A DNA stretch of 64,000 nt from Verrucomicrobiaceae bacterium (GTDB lineage: Bacteria > Verrucomicrobiota > Verrucomicrobiia > Verrucomicrobiales > Akkermansiaceae), in NCBI GenBank assembly GCA_051252135.1, contig JBPOGH010000016.1, forward strand, positions 41,282-105,281, written 5' to 3'. This document shows, in pieces, positions 11,819 through 20,929 of the stretch. The number at the start of each line of letters is the position of its first letter. Position 1 is the first letter of the stretch. The translations under genes and the position numbers were made by a program. Below the pieces are notes generated by a model. That model was not told where the DNA came from. It did no database searches and saw only the letters and a list, made by a program, of their open reading frames with translations.

Positions 11819-11890
11819 CAACCAAGTTTCGCGTTTTTCGTAATCAGCATCCCCCTTCAACCAAGTTTCGCGTTTTCCGTGTTTTCCGTG
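11819..11890. repeat. Short direct repeat (AACCAAGTTTCGCGTTTT x2) plus a TTTTCCGTG tandem
   Basis: Seen directly between divergent genes. Confidence 0.65.
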
Positions 11891-11951
11891 GTGAACATCC
11901 CCCCACATAATTTCGCTTCCCTTTCCCCAACCCACAGCGGATGACACCCCC

Positions 11952-12860
11952 GTGCTTCTCTTCCGCCACCCCTTTCCTCCGGCGCTCATCTGCGCCCTCC
12001 TCTGGGGCAGCGCCTTCCCCGTCATCAAGAACGTCTACGCCCACTGGGAATCCCAGAGCCTCGAGCGAAGCCTCCCCCTCATCTTCCTCTTCGCCGGCAT
12101 CCGCTTCTCCATCTCCGGTCTCGGCCTCCTCCTCTTTGGAAAAAACACCGCCGCCGAACTCCGCCGCACCCCGTGGAAGCTCCTCGTCTCATTCGCCCTC
12201 ACCCAGACCTTCGTCCAATACGTCTTCTTCTACCAGGCCGTCGCCGCCTCCAGCGCCAGCCTCGCCGCCCTCCTCGTCGCCACCGGAAGCTTCTGGTGGA
12301 TGCTCCTCAGCCCCCTCATCCGCAAAACCCCATGGCCCACCGCCATGCAATGGCTCGGCCTCCTTATCGGAGGAACCGGCGTCTCCCTCGCCGTCTACGC
12401 CCCCGGTGCCGGCGCCGGAAACCCCCTCCTCGGCGCCCTCTTCATGCTCACCGCCACCGCCAGCGGAGCCATCGCCATCCTCCTCTTCCATCGCCTCAAG
12501 CCCACCATCTCGTCCATCAATGCCACCGGCATCTCGCTCTTCGCCGGTGGCCTCTCCCTCACCGCCGTCGGGTTCCAGGCCTTCGGATCCGTCGAGGAAA
12601 TGCTCACCGGCCCCGTCCTCGGCAGCACCATCTGGCTCGCCTTCGTTTCCGCCGCCGCTTTCAGCATCTGGAATCACCTCAGCACCGTCTTCCCAGTCAC
12701 CCTCCTCGCAAGCTACCGCTTCCTCATCCCCATCTGCGGTGTCATCGAAGCCCTCCTCTTCATCCCCGGCGAGTCCGCCGGCTGGGGCCTCCTCCTCGGC
12801 AGCGTCCTCGTCATCCTCAGCATGATCTGGGCCCAGCGATCCCGCCCCGCATTGACCTGA
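11952..12860 (+). CDS. DMT/EamA family transporter
   Basis: About 10 TM helices; LLWGSAFP and FAGIRF motifs. Confidence 0.88.
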   Translation: MLLFRHPFPPALICALLWGSAFPVIKNVYAHWESQSLERSLPLIFLFAGIRFSISGLGLLLFGKNTAAELRRTPWKLLVSFALTQTFVQYVFFYQAVAASSASLAALLVATGSFWWMLLSPLIRKTPWPTAMQWLGLLIGGTGVSLAVYAPGAGAGNPLLGALFMLTATASGAIAILLFHRLKPTISSINATGISLFAGGLSLTAVGFQAFGSVEEMLTGPVLGSTIWLAFVSAAAFSIWNHLSTVFPVTLLASYRFLIPICGVIEALLFIPGESAGWGLLLGSVLVILSMIWAQRSRPALT

Positions 12861-12874
12861 CCCACCCTCATCCT

Positions 12875-13372
12875 ATGCTCCCCAATATGAAGGAGCTGAC
12901 AAAAATCCGCCTCGCCCTCGTCGTCGTCATCTTCGGCCTCGTCATCAGCGGAGTCACCGCCTTCCCCCTCCTCCACGAGCTCAACTTCCTCTCCTCCCTC
13001 CTCACCGGAGGCAGCGCCGATCTCAACCCGGCTCACTACCAGGGCATCACCCACTGGATCCTCAAAGTCCGCGAAGGCCTCGATCTCACCTACGCCCAAT
13101 ACCCCTTCATCGCCTACGGCACCGACTGGCTCGCCTTCGCCCACCTCATGATCGCCCTCTTCTTCATCCTCCCCTACCGCGACCCCGCCCGCTACGAGGG
13201 AGTCCTCCACGTCGGCATCTGGATGTCCCTCCTCGTCTTCCCCCTCGCCCTCATCTGCGGCCACATCCGCGAAATCCCCCTCTGGTGGCGCCTCATCGAC
13301 TGCTCCTTCGGCGCCCTCTGCCTCCCCCCACTCCTCTACGCCCTCAAAAAAACGCGGACCCTAAAAAGCTAA
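12875..13372 (+). CDS. Conserved-looking membrane protein of unknown function (start 12875 or 12887)
   Basis: Hydrophobic 3' part of ORF 12173-13372 with host codon usage; YGTDWLAFAHL motif. Confidence 0.75.
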   Translation: MLPNMKELTKIRLALVVVIFGLVISGVTAFPLLHELNFLSSLLTGGSADLNPAHYQGITHWILKVREGLDLTYAQYPFIAYGTDWLAFAHLMIALFFILPYRDPARYEGVLHVGIWMSLLVFPLALICGHIREIPLWWRLIDCSFGALCLPPLLYALKKTRTLKS

Positions 13373-13441
13373 AAGCCAACCGCCAAAAGCCAACCGCTCA
13401 AGCTCCCTCAAACCAGCCAATCCCCCATTCCCTCTTCCTAC

Positions 13442-13783
13442 ATGAACTACCTTTTAACTAACTTCGACGACATCCCCCCCGTCCCCTGCCCCTGCGGCCT
13501 TTCCAAACGCGCCTTCGTTCATCCCGACTCCCCGGCCTCCATCCACTACGTCGATATCTCGGAGAACGCCCGCACCCACTACCACAAAACCTTCACCGAG
13601 ATTTACCTCATCCTCGAAACCGAGGGCGACGCCTTCATCGAGCTCGACGGCGAACTCCTCCCCGTCACCCCCATGACCACCATCATGATCAAGCCCGGCT
13701 GCCGCCACCGCGCCGTCGGCAAAATGAAAATCATCAACACCGCCATCCCCACCTTCAACCCCGACGACGAATGGTTCGACTAG
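13442..13783 (+). CDS. Cupin domain protein
   Basis: HYHKTFTEIY and PGCRHRA cupin motifs. Confidence 0.85.
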   Translation: MNYLLTNFDDIPPVPCPCGLSKRAFVHPDSPASIHYVDISENARTHYHKTFTEIYLILETEGDAFIELDGELLPVTPMTTIMIKPGCRHRAVGKMKIINTAIPTFNPDDEWFD

Positions 13784-13815
13784 CCCCCGTCATCAACCGC
13801 AACCTACGGGAAAAT

Positions 13816-14205
13816 TCACTCACCTCGCCGCTGATTTCTCAACGCAGCATCTTGTTCTGTCGGCTGTTTCCATGCCAACCATGCGATCACCCAGAAGACC
13901 AATCCTGAGCTCCAGCCTAAAAAGAGGTTAACCACATTGTCACCCACTCCATCGTGTATGACGTCATAAGGGACCTCGACACCTTCATCGTAGGCAACGC
14001 CATCGCCAACTATAAATCCAATTCTATTTGCAACCGCCGACACCGCGAATGTTCCGGTCCAACACAAAAGAAGGAACACCAAAATCCTCAGGCTTCGCGG
14101 GAATTTTTTGATCGAGGGTGATGGCGCCACTATCCAACGCTTCGCGAAAAATACACCGAGACAAATAAATGTAATCTGTGGAATCCATATTGTCGCAGTC
14201 GTCAT
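13816..14205 (-). CDS. Hypothetical membrane protein
   Basis: 129 aa, three hydrophobic segments, atypical composition. Confidence 0.6.
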   Translation of the reverse strand: MTTATIWIPQITFICLGVFFAKRWIVAPSPSIKKFPRSLRILVFLLLCWTGTFAVSAVANRIGFIVGDGVAYDEGVEVPYDVIHDGVGDNVVNLFLGWSSGLVFWVIAWLAWKQPTEQDAALRNQRRGE

Positions 14206-14342
14206 TTTTTTTGAACAAAACAGTAAGGATCCCCTAGCCTAACAGAGTGGGGATCGAATGCATCCCCCGATCTCCCCCTTCACAGGCTCCGAACATCCTA
14301 CTGTCCATTTAATTTCCCCATCAAGCCCCAAAGCCAAAACCC

Positions 14343-15001
14343 AATTCAACCCCTCCCACTCCTCCTTCGCCCCCACCTACTCTCAGGGCCTCTCGATTTG
14401 CTCCTGTAATTCCGGAGCCAAGGTATCCCACAACCGTGGATGGGATTCGATAATCCTGACAATATCCGTAAAATCTTTGGCTCTCTTACTCTGCCTCCTG
14501 GTCTTGTCGTTCCAGGCCAAGGTCTTCCCTTTTAAGGTATCTTCCACGGATGCCACTCGCATCAAAATCCCATGGACATCTGCCGCAACGGATCTCTCAG
14601 GAAATTTCAAATACAGCTCTTCGGTGCTCAACTGGATACTCACCTTCGACTTCCCTTTGAAATTAACCGACCACTTAAAATCTTCGTGCTCGAAACCTAC
14701 TTCAGTAAGAACCCCCACCACTCTTTCCACATCTTCAGCTGCTACCGCAAAATCCACGTCTTGTGTCACCATCGGTTCCTCAGCCCAATGGTTCACTGCG
14801 ACCCCACCAATTGCGCACCAAGCAACATCAGCTCGCTCAAGAGCATCAACAAGACGCATCACGTCATCTGTTCCTCCCGCAGTTTGCCAATCGTAAAACC
14901 TCTTCGCTGTCATACTGGATTCTTAACATCCCAGCGCTTACTGGGCACCCTATTTTCCAAAGCAACCTAATTCAACCCCTCCCATTCCTCCTTCGTCCCC
15001 A
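14343..15001. repeat. 33-bp direct repeat pair (14343-14375 and 14969-15001) flanking the nucleotidyltransferase gene
   Basis: AATTCAACCCCTCCCA(C/T)TCCTCCTTCG(C/T)CCCCA, 31/33 identical. Confidence 0.85.
14383..14913 (-). CDS. Pol-beta-like nucleotidyltransferase (AbiEii/DUF6036-like)
   Basis: IGGVAV...TQDVDF motif; C-terminal K...KDFTD. Confidence 0.75.
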   Translation of the reverse strand: MTAKRFYDWQTAGGTDDVMRLVDALERADVAWCAIGGVAVNHWAEEPMVTQDVDFAVAAEDVERVVGVLTEVGFEHEDFKWSVNFKGKSKVSIQLSTEELYLKFPERSVAADVHGILMRVASVEDTLKGKTLAWNDKTRRQSKRAKDFTDIVRIIESHPRLWDTLAPELQEQIERP

Positions 15002-16145
15002 AAGACTTCTGATACTCCATCATCACCAACCAGCGCTCCTCTTTCACTAGCAGCGCCTCCAGATGAACATAAGCCGCTTTCGCTTCCTTCCCCTCCTTCT
15101 GACTGGAGTAACAAAACATCCCCGTCTCGTGCGCCGTCGTTGCGTCGCCCCACCGCTTCGAAAAACGAAACTCCACATCCGCGTCCATCTTCCCCGCCTT
15201 CGTATCCTCAAACCCCGGCTTCCATCCCGCCAAAGCCTGCGCCAGCGCATAACTCGACTTCTTCGGCCCCGATACAAGAACCCCCTTCTCATGGCAGGTC
15301 GCCCGGTAGCCTTCAAAGTCTCCCTCCCGCACCGACCGCGACACCTCGGCCCAATAGGCATCCAGCTCCTTGATCCGCGCCTGTGAATCATCCAGTTCCT
15401 TCACCTTGAGATTCCGGAAATGCACCTTCCCCTTCGCCGCATGATGCACCTGTAACCCAAAGTATCCTTTCGCATAGGTTCCGTCGCCCACCCAGTGCGC
15501 CGCCGGCACCCCGTTCAGCCAGGTCTTCACCGTGTTCCCCTTCGCCCAAACCGTAACCCGGTTCCACCCTTCCTTCTTCAGGGCCTTTCGTACTTCCCGG
15601 TGCTCCTTCAGCCAAAGCGGATAAAAATACCCCCCGCAGCTCTGTCCATAAATGCCGCCCGACCAACCCCGGTCGCTCTCAATCCCCTCCATCTCCACCT
15701 GCGGTCCAAACACCGCCTTCTTCGGATCATCCGCATCCGCTTGCGCCCGAAACATCACCCCCGAGTTGATATCCACCGACCACTTCATCTCGCACGTAAA
15801 AACAAAGTCCGCATAGTCCGTCCTCTTCGTGCTGAGATACCCGCTTTCCTCACCCGGCACACAGGTTCCAATGATCTCCCCATCCTTCGCTTCGAAAATC
15901 TGCTTCCCGCCGCGAAGCTCCCAATCCGAAAGATCCTTGCCATTGAAGAGCGCCTTGAATCCTTCTTTCAAATCTGGCTCCGCATCCGTGTTCAACAACA
16001 TCTCCTCCGGCTCCGGCGCATTCTCCTGCTTCCGGTACTTCGGAAACCACTCCTTCTGCGAAGGATCCAAAGACAGCTCACCCGGAGCCGAAACCGACAG
16101 CAGAACCGTCGCCGATACCAATCTTCCCATGAATTTCATCATCAT
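14967..16145 (-). CDS. DUF1080 (3-keto-disaccharide hydrolase-like) domain plus C-terminal NTF2/SnoaL-like domain
   Basis: LFNGKDLSDW, NSGVMFR, GWNRV, GLQVH, VHFRNLKVK motifs; signal peptide. Confidence 0.85.
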   Translation of the reverse strand: MMMKFMGRLVSATVLLSVSAPGELSLDPSQKEWFPKYRKQENAPEPEEMLLNTDAEPDLKEGFKALFNGKDLSDWELRGGKQIFEAKDGEIIGTCVPGEESGYLSTKRTDYADFVFTCEMKWSVDINSGVMFRAQADADDPKKAVFGPQVEMEGIESDRGWSGGIYGQSCGGYFYPLWLKEHREVRKALKKEGWNRVTVWAKGNTVKTWLNGVPAAHWVGDGTYAKGYFGLQVHHAAKGKVHFRNLKVKELDDSQARIKELDAYWAEVSRSVREGDFEGYRATCHEKGVLVSGPKKSSYALAQALAGWKPGFEDTKAGKMDADVEFRFSKRWGDATTAHETGMFCYSSQKEGKEAKAAYVHLEALLVKEERWLVMMEYQKSLGTKEEWEGLN

Positions 16146-16227
16146 GCCTTAGGCTGAAAGTCCCGTCCCCGCTGCGCAATCCTTTCTTTCAGCAATGCCG
16201 CCTAAAATCACCGCTCGATTCAGCCCC

Positions 16228-17709
16228 TCACTTCAGCTTCTTCCGGTCCTCCGCCTTCTCCGCCAAGGACAGATGACGGTCAAAAAGGGTGATATACTTC
16301 TCATACCCCTTCCCCGGAACCACTTCCTTCTTCCAATGCTTCAGCTGCCCGTCGTAGCGCTCGCGCATCTTCCCCAACACCTCGTCCTGATCCTCCAACC
16401 CCACCAGATTGGTCAACTCCAACGGGTCCTCGCCCAAATGGAAGAGCTCCTCCGCCGCCTTCATTCCCTCGCCCTCATACCACCAATAGGTGTATTTCAG
16501 CTCCTTCGTCACAATGCTCATGCACGTCGTCGGAGCCGGCGGAAAGGTGTTCATCAATGCCAGATGGGAATGCAGTTCTTTCTCCGGTTCCGCCAACAAG
16601 GGAAGAAGACTCTTCCCATCCATCCCCTCAATCGCTTCCACCCCCGCCAACTCCAGTATCGTCGGCGCAAAGTCGATGCTCCCCGTCAGCTGCTGACAGC
16701 GGATTCCCTTCCCCGCATTTTCACTCCGCGGATCAAAAACAATCAACGGCACCCGCGATGACTCCTCCATCGGCAGCACCTTGGACCCATAACCGTGGGA
16801 CCCGCAGATAAACCCGTTGTCACTCGTGTAAATGATCACCGTATTGTCACTCACCCCCTGCGCCTCCAGCTCCTCCCGGATCATCCCCACCGCCACATCA
16901 ATCGCATAAATCTGCTGATGGTAAACCGCCATCACCTCATCATACTTCTTGTCGTATCCCCATTCCTCAAACCGCGGAAATTGCCGCCCCTGCTTGCTCT
17001 GCTCCGCCAAATGCTCTCCGTAGCGCCTCCCGTAATTCGCCGGCTTCGCAAATTCCTTCCCCTCATAAATGTGGTCAAACTTCGGGTCCGGCGTTGTCGG
17101 CCGATGCGGCGCCTTGAAGCTGATCGACAAACAAAACGGCTTCTCCGCCTCCACCGATTTCCGGATAACATCCCGCCCAAAAGCCCCATACGATAACGTG
17201 GAATGCGGGTACTTCTTCGCGTAGCTCTTCATCGCTGGATTCCGCGCCGTCCGGTAATCCGACTGCCCCTTCGCCCCGCCGTAAAAATCGAAGTCCTCCG
17301 CACAAATCCCCTTCCCCTCCACCACAATGCCAAACTTCCCCGCAAACGCCGTCAGATACCCCGCCTCCCGCAGCAACACCGGATACGACTTGCTCCAAAG
17401 GTCGGGACTCAAATTACCATGAACGAAATTGCACCCCGTCTTGTATTCATACCGCCCCGTAAACACATTCGCCCGACTCCCCATGCAAATCGCCGTCGTG
17501 ACATAATGACGGTCAAAGATCATCCCCTCCCGCGCCAACCGGTCCATCTGCGGCGTCTGCACATCCTTGTTTCCGTAGCAACCCATCGAATACGTGCACT
17601 GATCATCCGCCATCAGGTAAATGATATTGGGCCTCGGTGAAACCACCTCCTCCACTTCATCGGCAAAACCGGAAAGAACGAGGACCGCAAAAAGAAGAAC
17701 GTTTTTCAT
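16228..17709 (-). CDS. Sulfatase (S1, Cys-type)
   Basis: [32 protein letters not shown] motifs; start taken at MKNVLLFAV. Confidence 0.9.
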   Translation of the reverse strand: MKNVLLFAVLVLSGFADEVEEVVSPRPNIIYLMADDQCTYSMGCYGNKDVQTPQMDRLAREGMIFDRHYVTTAICMGSRANVFTGRYEYKTGCNFVHGNLSPDLWSKSYPVLLREAGYLTAFAGKFGIVVEGKGICAEDFDFYGGAKGQSDYRTARNPAMKSYAKKYPHSTLSYGAFGRDVIRKSVEAEKPFCLSISFKAPHRPTTPDPKFDHIYEGKEFAKPANYGRRYGEHLAEQSKQGRQFPRFEEWGYDKKYDEVMAVYHQQIYAIDVAVGMIREELEAQGVSDNTVIIYTSDNGFICGSHGYGSKVLPMEESSRVPLIVFDPRSENAGKGIRCQQLTGSIDFAPTILELAGVEAIEGMDGKSLLPLLAEPEKELHSHLALMNTFPPAPTTCMSIVTKELKYTYWWYEGEGMKAAEELFHLGEDPLELTNLVGLEDQDEVLGKMRERYDGQLKHWKKEVVPGKGYEKYITLFDRHLSLAEKAEDRKKLK

Positions 17710-17832
17710 AAGGGTAAGCAGCCCATCCATGACGCTGATCGCCCCCCAAGCCAAGTGCCAACTTCCCCCTCCGAAAATTCCCTCCCCTGTTCCTGAAAAT
17801 TCTCCTACCCTCGCCGGAATCCCCGCCGCCCC

Positions 17833-19044
17833 ATGAATCCCGGACACGCCTTTCTCATCCTCACCTTCGCCCTCCTCACCTCACTCTCCGCCCGCGAAAC
17901 CCGGGTCGACGAGATCGACTCCCCCACCGAAGCAAAGTCCGGAAAAATCGCCCTCCTCAAAAGCGCCAAAGGCATGTCCTACTTCCTCCGCCTCCCCCGC
18001 GGCTACAAGGAAGACGACGGCGCCCGCCTCATCATGTTCCTCCACGGCTCCAACATGAACGGCCTCCAGTATCTCGAAACCTTCGAAGCCCAACGCTGGT
18101 GCAAGACCGACATCCTCGTCTGCCCCAACGGCGAAACAGGAAACAACCCGCGCGGCGCAAACAACTTCACCTTCAACAGCGCTCCCTTCGTCGCCGAAAT
18201 CACCGCAGACATCCAAAAAAGCTTCAACATCACCCACAGCTACCTCGGCGGCCACTCCTAGGGCGCTTTCCTCACCTACAGCGTCATCCTCAACCACCCC
18301 GACCTCTTCCAGGGAGCCTTCCCCATCGCCGGTGATTGCTGGATGCAAAACGAACCCAACCTCTGGGAATCCAAACCCGATATCCTCGCCAAACAACAAC
18401 AAATCGCCCTCGCCGTCATCCACGGACAAGCCGACCCCATCGTCAATTTCTCCCAAGGCGAACACGCCCACGGCATCTTCCTCGCCATGGGCTACCCAAA
18501 ACTCCGCTTCTTCGCCCCCGAAAAACTCGGCCACCAATTCGGCCTCAGCCCCGTCCCCGACGCCCTCGAATGGCTCGACGCCATGACCGGACACGATCAC
18601 GCCAGTGCCATCAAACTCACCAAGACCTGGGGCCGCGAAAAAGAATGGGGCTGGGCCCACCAGGCCGCCCTCGCCATCCCCGCCGACAGCCGCGAATCCC
18701 GCTCCGCCCAAAGCATCATCGCCGCCATCGAAAAACAAGCCTCCGATGCCACCGCCACCATGAAGGCATCTCTCGACTCCAAATCCCCTCGCGAATGGAT
18801 CCCCGAGTGGTTCGAGTTCCGCCGCCAATTCGGAGCCACCCAAGCCGCCAAAGAACTCGTCACGGCCTACGATGCCGCCCGCGAAAAAGAACGCGCCCAA
18901 GCCACCCAACTCTTCCGTCAGGCCAGCGCCCTCGGCCGCGCCAAAAAGCCGGACGAAATGAAAGAGACCCTCGAAAAACTCCTCACCGACACCCCGCACA
19001 CCTACCACACCTGGTACGCCCTCCGCTGGACCAGGGAAAAGTAA
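17833..19044 (+). pseudogene. Secreted esterase-like alpha/beta hydrolase with an in-frame TAG at 18259-18261
   Basis: ORFs 17833-18261 and 18343-19044 share a frame; reads YLGGHS*GAFLTY...IHGQADPIV...GH. Confidence 0.8.
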
Positions 19045-19050
19045 CCCCGC

Positions 19051-20784
19051 CTATGCCTCCGCCCGATCGGAAATAATCTCACCCCGGTCAAACTCCAGCA
19101 CCCGGTCCGCAATCCGCGTCGTGCTCAGACGATGCGCAATCAGCAACGTCGTGCGATCCTTCACCAGCTCACTCAGAGCCTCCTGAATCTTCGCCTCACT
19201 CTCGTTATCCAGCGCACTCGTCGCCTCATCTAACAGAAGAATCGGAGCATCCTTCAAAAAGGCCCGCGCCAGTGCAATCCGCTGCCGCTGACCACCCGAT
19301 AGACTCGTCCCCTTCTCCGACACCCGCTGCTCATACCCCCCATCCTGCTCCAGAATAAACTCATGGGCATACGCCTTGCGCGCCGCCTCATAAACCTCCT
19401 CCTCGCTCGCACCCGGACGACCCAATAAAATGTTCTCCCGGATCGTTCCGCTGAAAAGAACCGCCGTCTGCGGCACCACCGCGATCGCTTCCCGCAACTC
19501 ACGCTTCTTCCAGTCCCGCACATCCAGACCGCTCACCTTCACCGCACCCTCACCCACCTCGTAAAACCGCGGAATCAAACTCGCAAAGGTCGACTTCCCC
19601 GACCCGCTCGGCCCAATCAGCGCCACACACTCCCCCGCCTTCACCGAAACACTCAGGTCCTTCAGCACCTTCTCCTCCCCATAAGAAAAACTCACCCCCT
19701 CAAAATCCACATCCCCTTGAAACGTCTCCGGCACCTTCGCATCCGGCTTCTCCAAAAGCTCGTCATCCGCATCCAGAATCACCTCAATCCGCCCCAGCGC
19801 CGCCTTCCCCTGCTGGATCAAACTATGCACCGCCCCCAACTTCTTGATCGGGTCATACGACATGTAAAGCGCGATCCCGATCGCCAGAAAACTCTCCAGC
19901 GTCATCCCCTTCCCCGCCCCCAGATACAACGCCACCGACAGCCCCAGCACCGCCACAAACTCCACCGCGGGCGAAATCATCTGCCGGTACTTGATCACCT
20001 TCATCGAATAACGGATCAGCTCCGCCACCTTCTCGTTGAACTGCCTGATCACCGTCGGCTGCATGTTGTAAGCCCGGATTTCCAGCGGAGCACCCAGCCC
20101 TTCCGAGATCTGCCCGCTCAAATCACCCGCCGTATTTTGCAGCTCCATCGCCCGCCGCGCCAACTTCTTGCCCGCCGCCCGAATCGGAAAGACGCAGATC
20201 GGAATCGTCAGCAACGAAATCACCACCACAAAACTCCCCTGGTCCGAGTACGCCTGATACCCCAGAAATCCCAGCGAGAACACCAGCGTCGCCGGCTGCT
20301 TGATAATATCCGCACTCACCTGCGCCACCGTCTGCCTCAAAATCTCCGCATCCCCCGTCAGCCGCGCCAACAAATCACCTGTCTGATGCCGTTGAAAAAA
20401 CGACACCGGCAGCGCCTGAATCCGCTCAAAAACCTTCCCCCGAATCCCCTCCACCACCCGATACCCGCAGTAGTTGATCAAATACGTGTTAAAATACCCC
20501 CCGATCGCCCGCACCAAAAAGATAAATGGCAGCCACAAACACGTCGCCAGCAAGAGATGGTTGTATTCCAGATTCCCCAGCCAATCCTGCATCATCTTCA
20601 GATACGCACTCGGCTCCCCCTCCGCCGCCTTCTCCCGTTGAAACAGCAACGGAAACACCACCTTGCTCGCCAGCGGCAACCCCGCCCCACTCGCCGCCGC
20701 ATAAAGAAGCCCCGCCAACAAGCCCCCCAAAAAATGCCAACGCACCGGACGGAAATAGGCCAAGTAGGGCAAATATCGCTTCAT
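19051..20784 (-). CDS. ABC exporter, fused permease/ATPase (MsbA-like)
   Basis: TM domain, GPSGSGKS, LSGGQRQR, LLLDEATSALD. Confidence 0.92.
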   Translation of the reverse strand: MKRYLPYLAYFRPVRWHFLGGLLAGLLYAAASGAGLPLASKVVFPLLFQREKAAEGEPSAYLKMMQDWLGNLEYNHLLLATCLWLPFIFLVRAIGGYFNTYLINYCGYRVVEGIRGKVFERIQALPVSFFQRHQTGDLLARLTGDAEILRQTVAQVSADIIKQPATLVFSLGFLGYQAYSDQGSFVVVISLLTIPICVFPIRAAGKKLARRAMELQNTAGDLSGQISEGLGAPLEIRAYNMQPTVIRQFNEKVAELIRYSMKVIKYRQMISPAVEFVAVLGLSVALYLGAGKGMTLESFLAIGIALYMSYDPIKKLGAVHSLIQQGKAALGRIEVILDADDELLEKPDAKVPETFQGDVDFEGVSFSYGEEKVLKDLSVSVKAGECVALIGPSGSGKSTFASLIPRFYEVGEGAVKVSGLDVRDWKKRELREAIAVVPQTAVLFSGTIRENILLGRPGASEEEVYEAARKAYAHEFILEQDGGYEQRVSEKGTSLSGGQRQRIALARAFLKDAPILLLDEATSALDNESEAKIQEALSELVKDRTTLLIAHRLSTTRIADRVLEFDRGEIISDRAEA

Positions 20785-20929
20785 GATCAGTCAAACGCGA
20801 ATCAGGACCGGAGCCCCCCGCGCGCGCCTCCAAGGCTACCGTCCACCCCTCCCGACGCAACGCTTTTCCCACCCCCCAATCCTTGCCTTCTCCTCCCTCC
20901 TCCCCCTAACTTGACCTCACCACAACCGG

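Noticed and set aside
12173..12874. 5' extension of ORF 12173-13372 (likewise 33925-34254, 35864-36334, 28462-28674)
   Set aside because: Out-of-frame overlaps with upstream genes; the real starts lie downstream.
18259..18261. Genome-wide TAG reassignment or pyrrolysine
   Set aside because: Many genes here end normally in TAG, only one internal case was seen, and no pyl genes are present.
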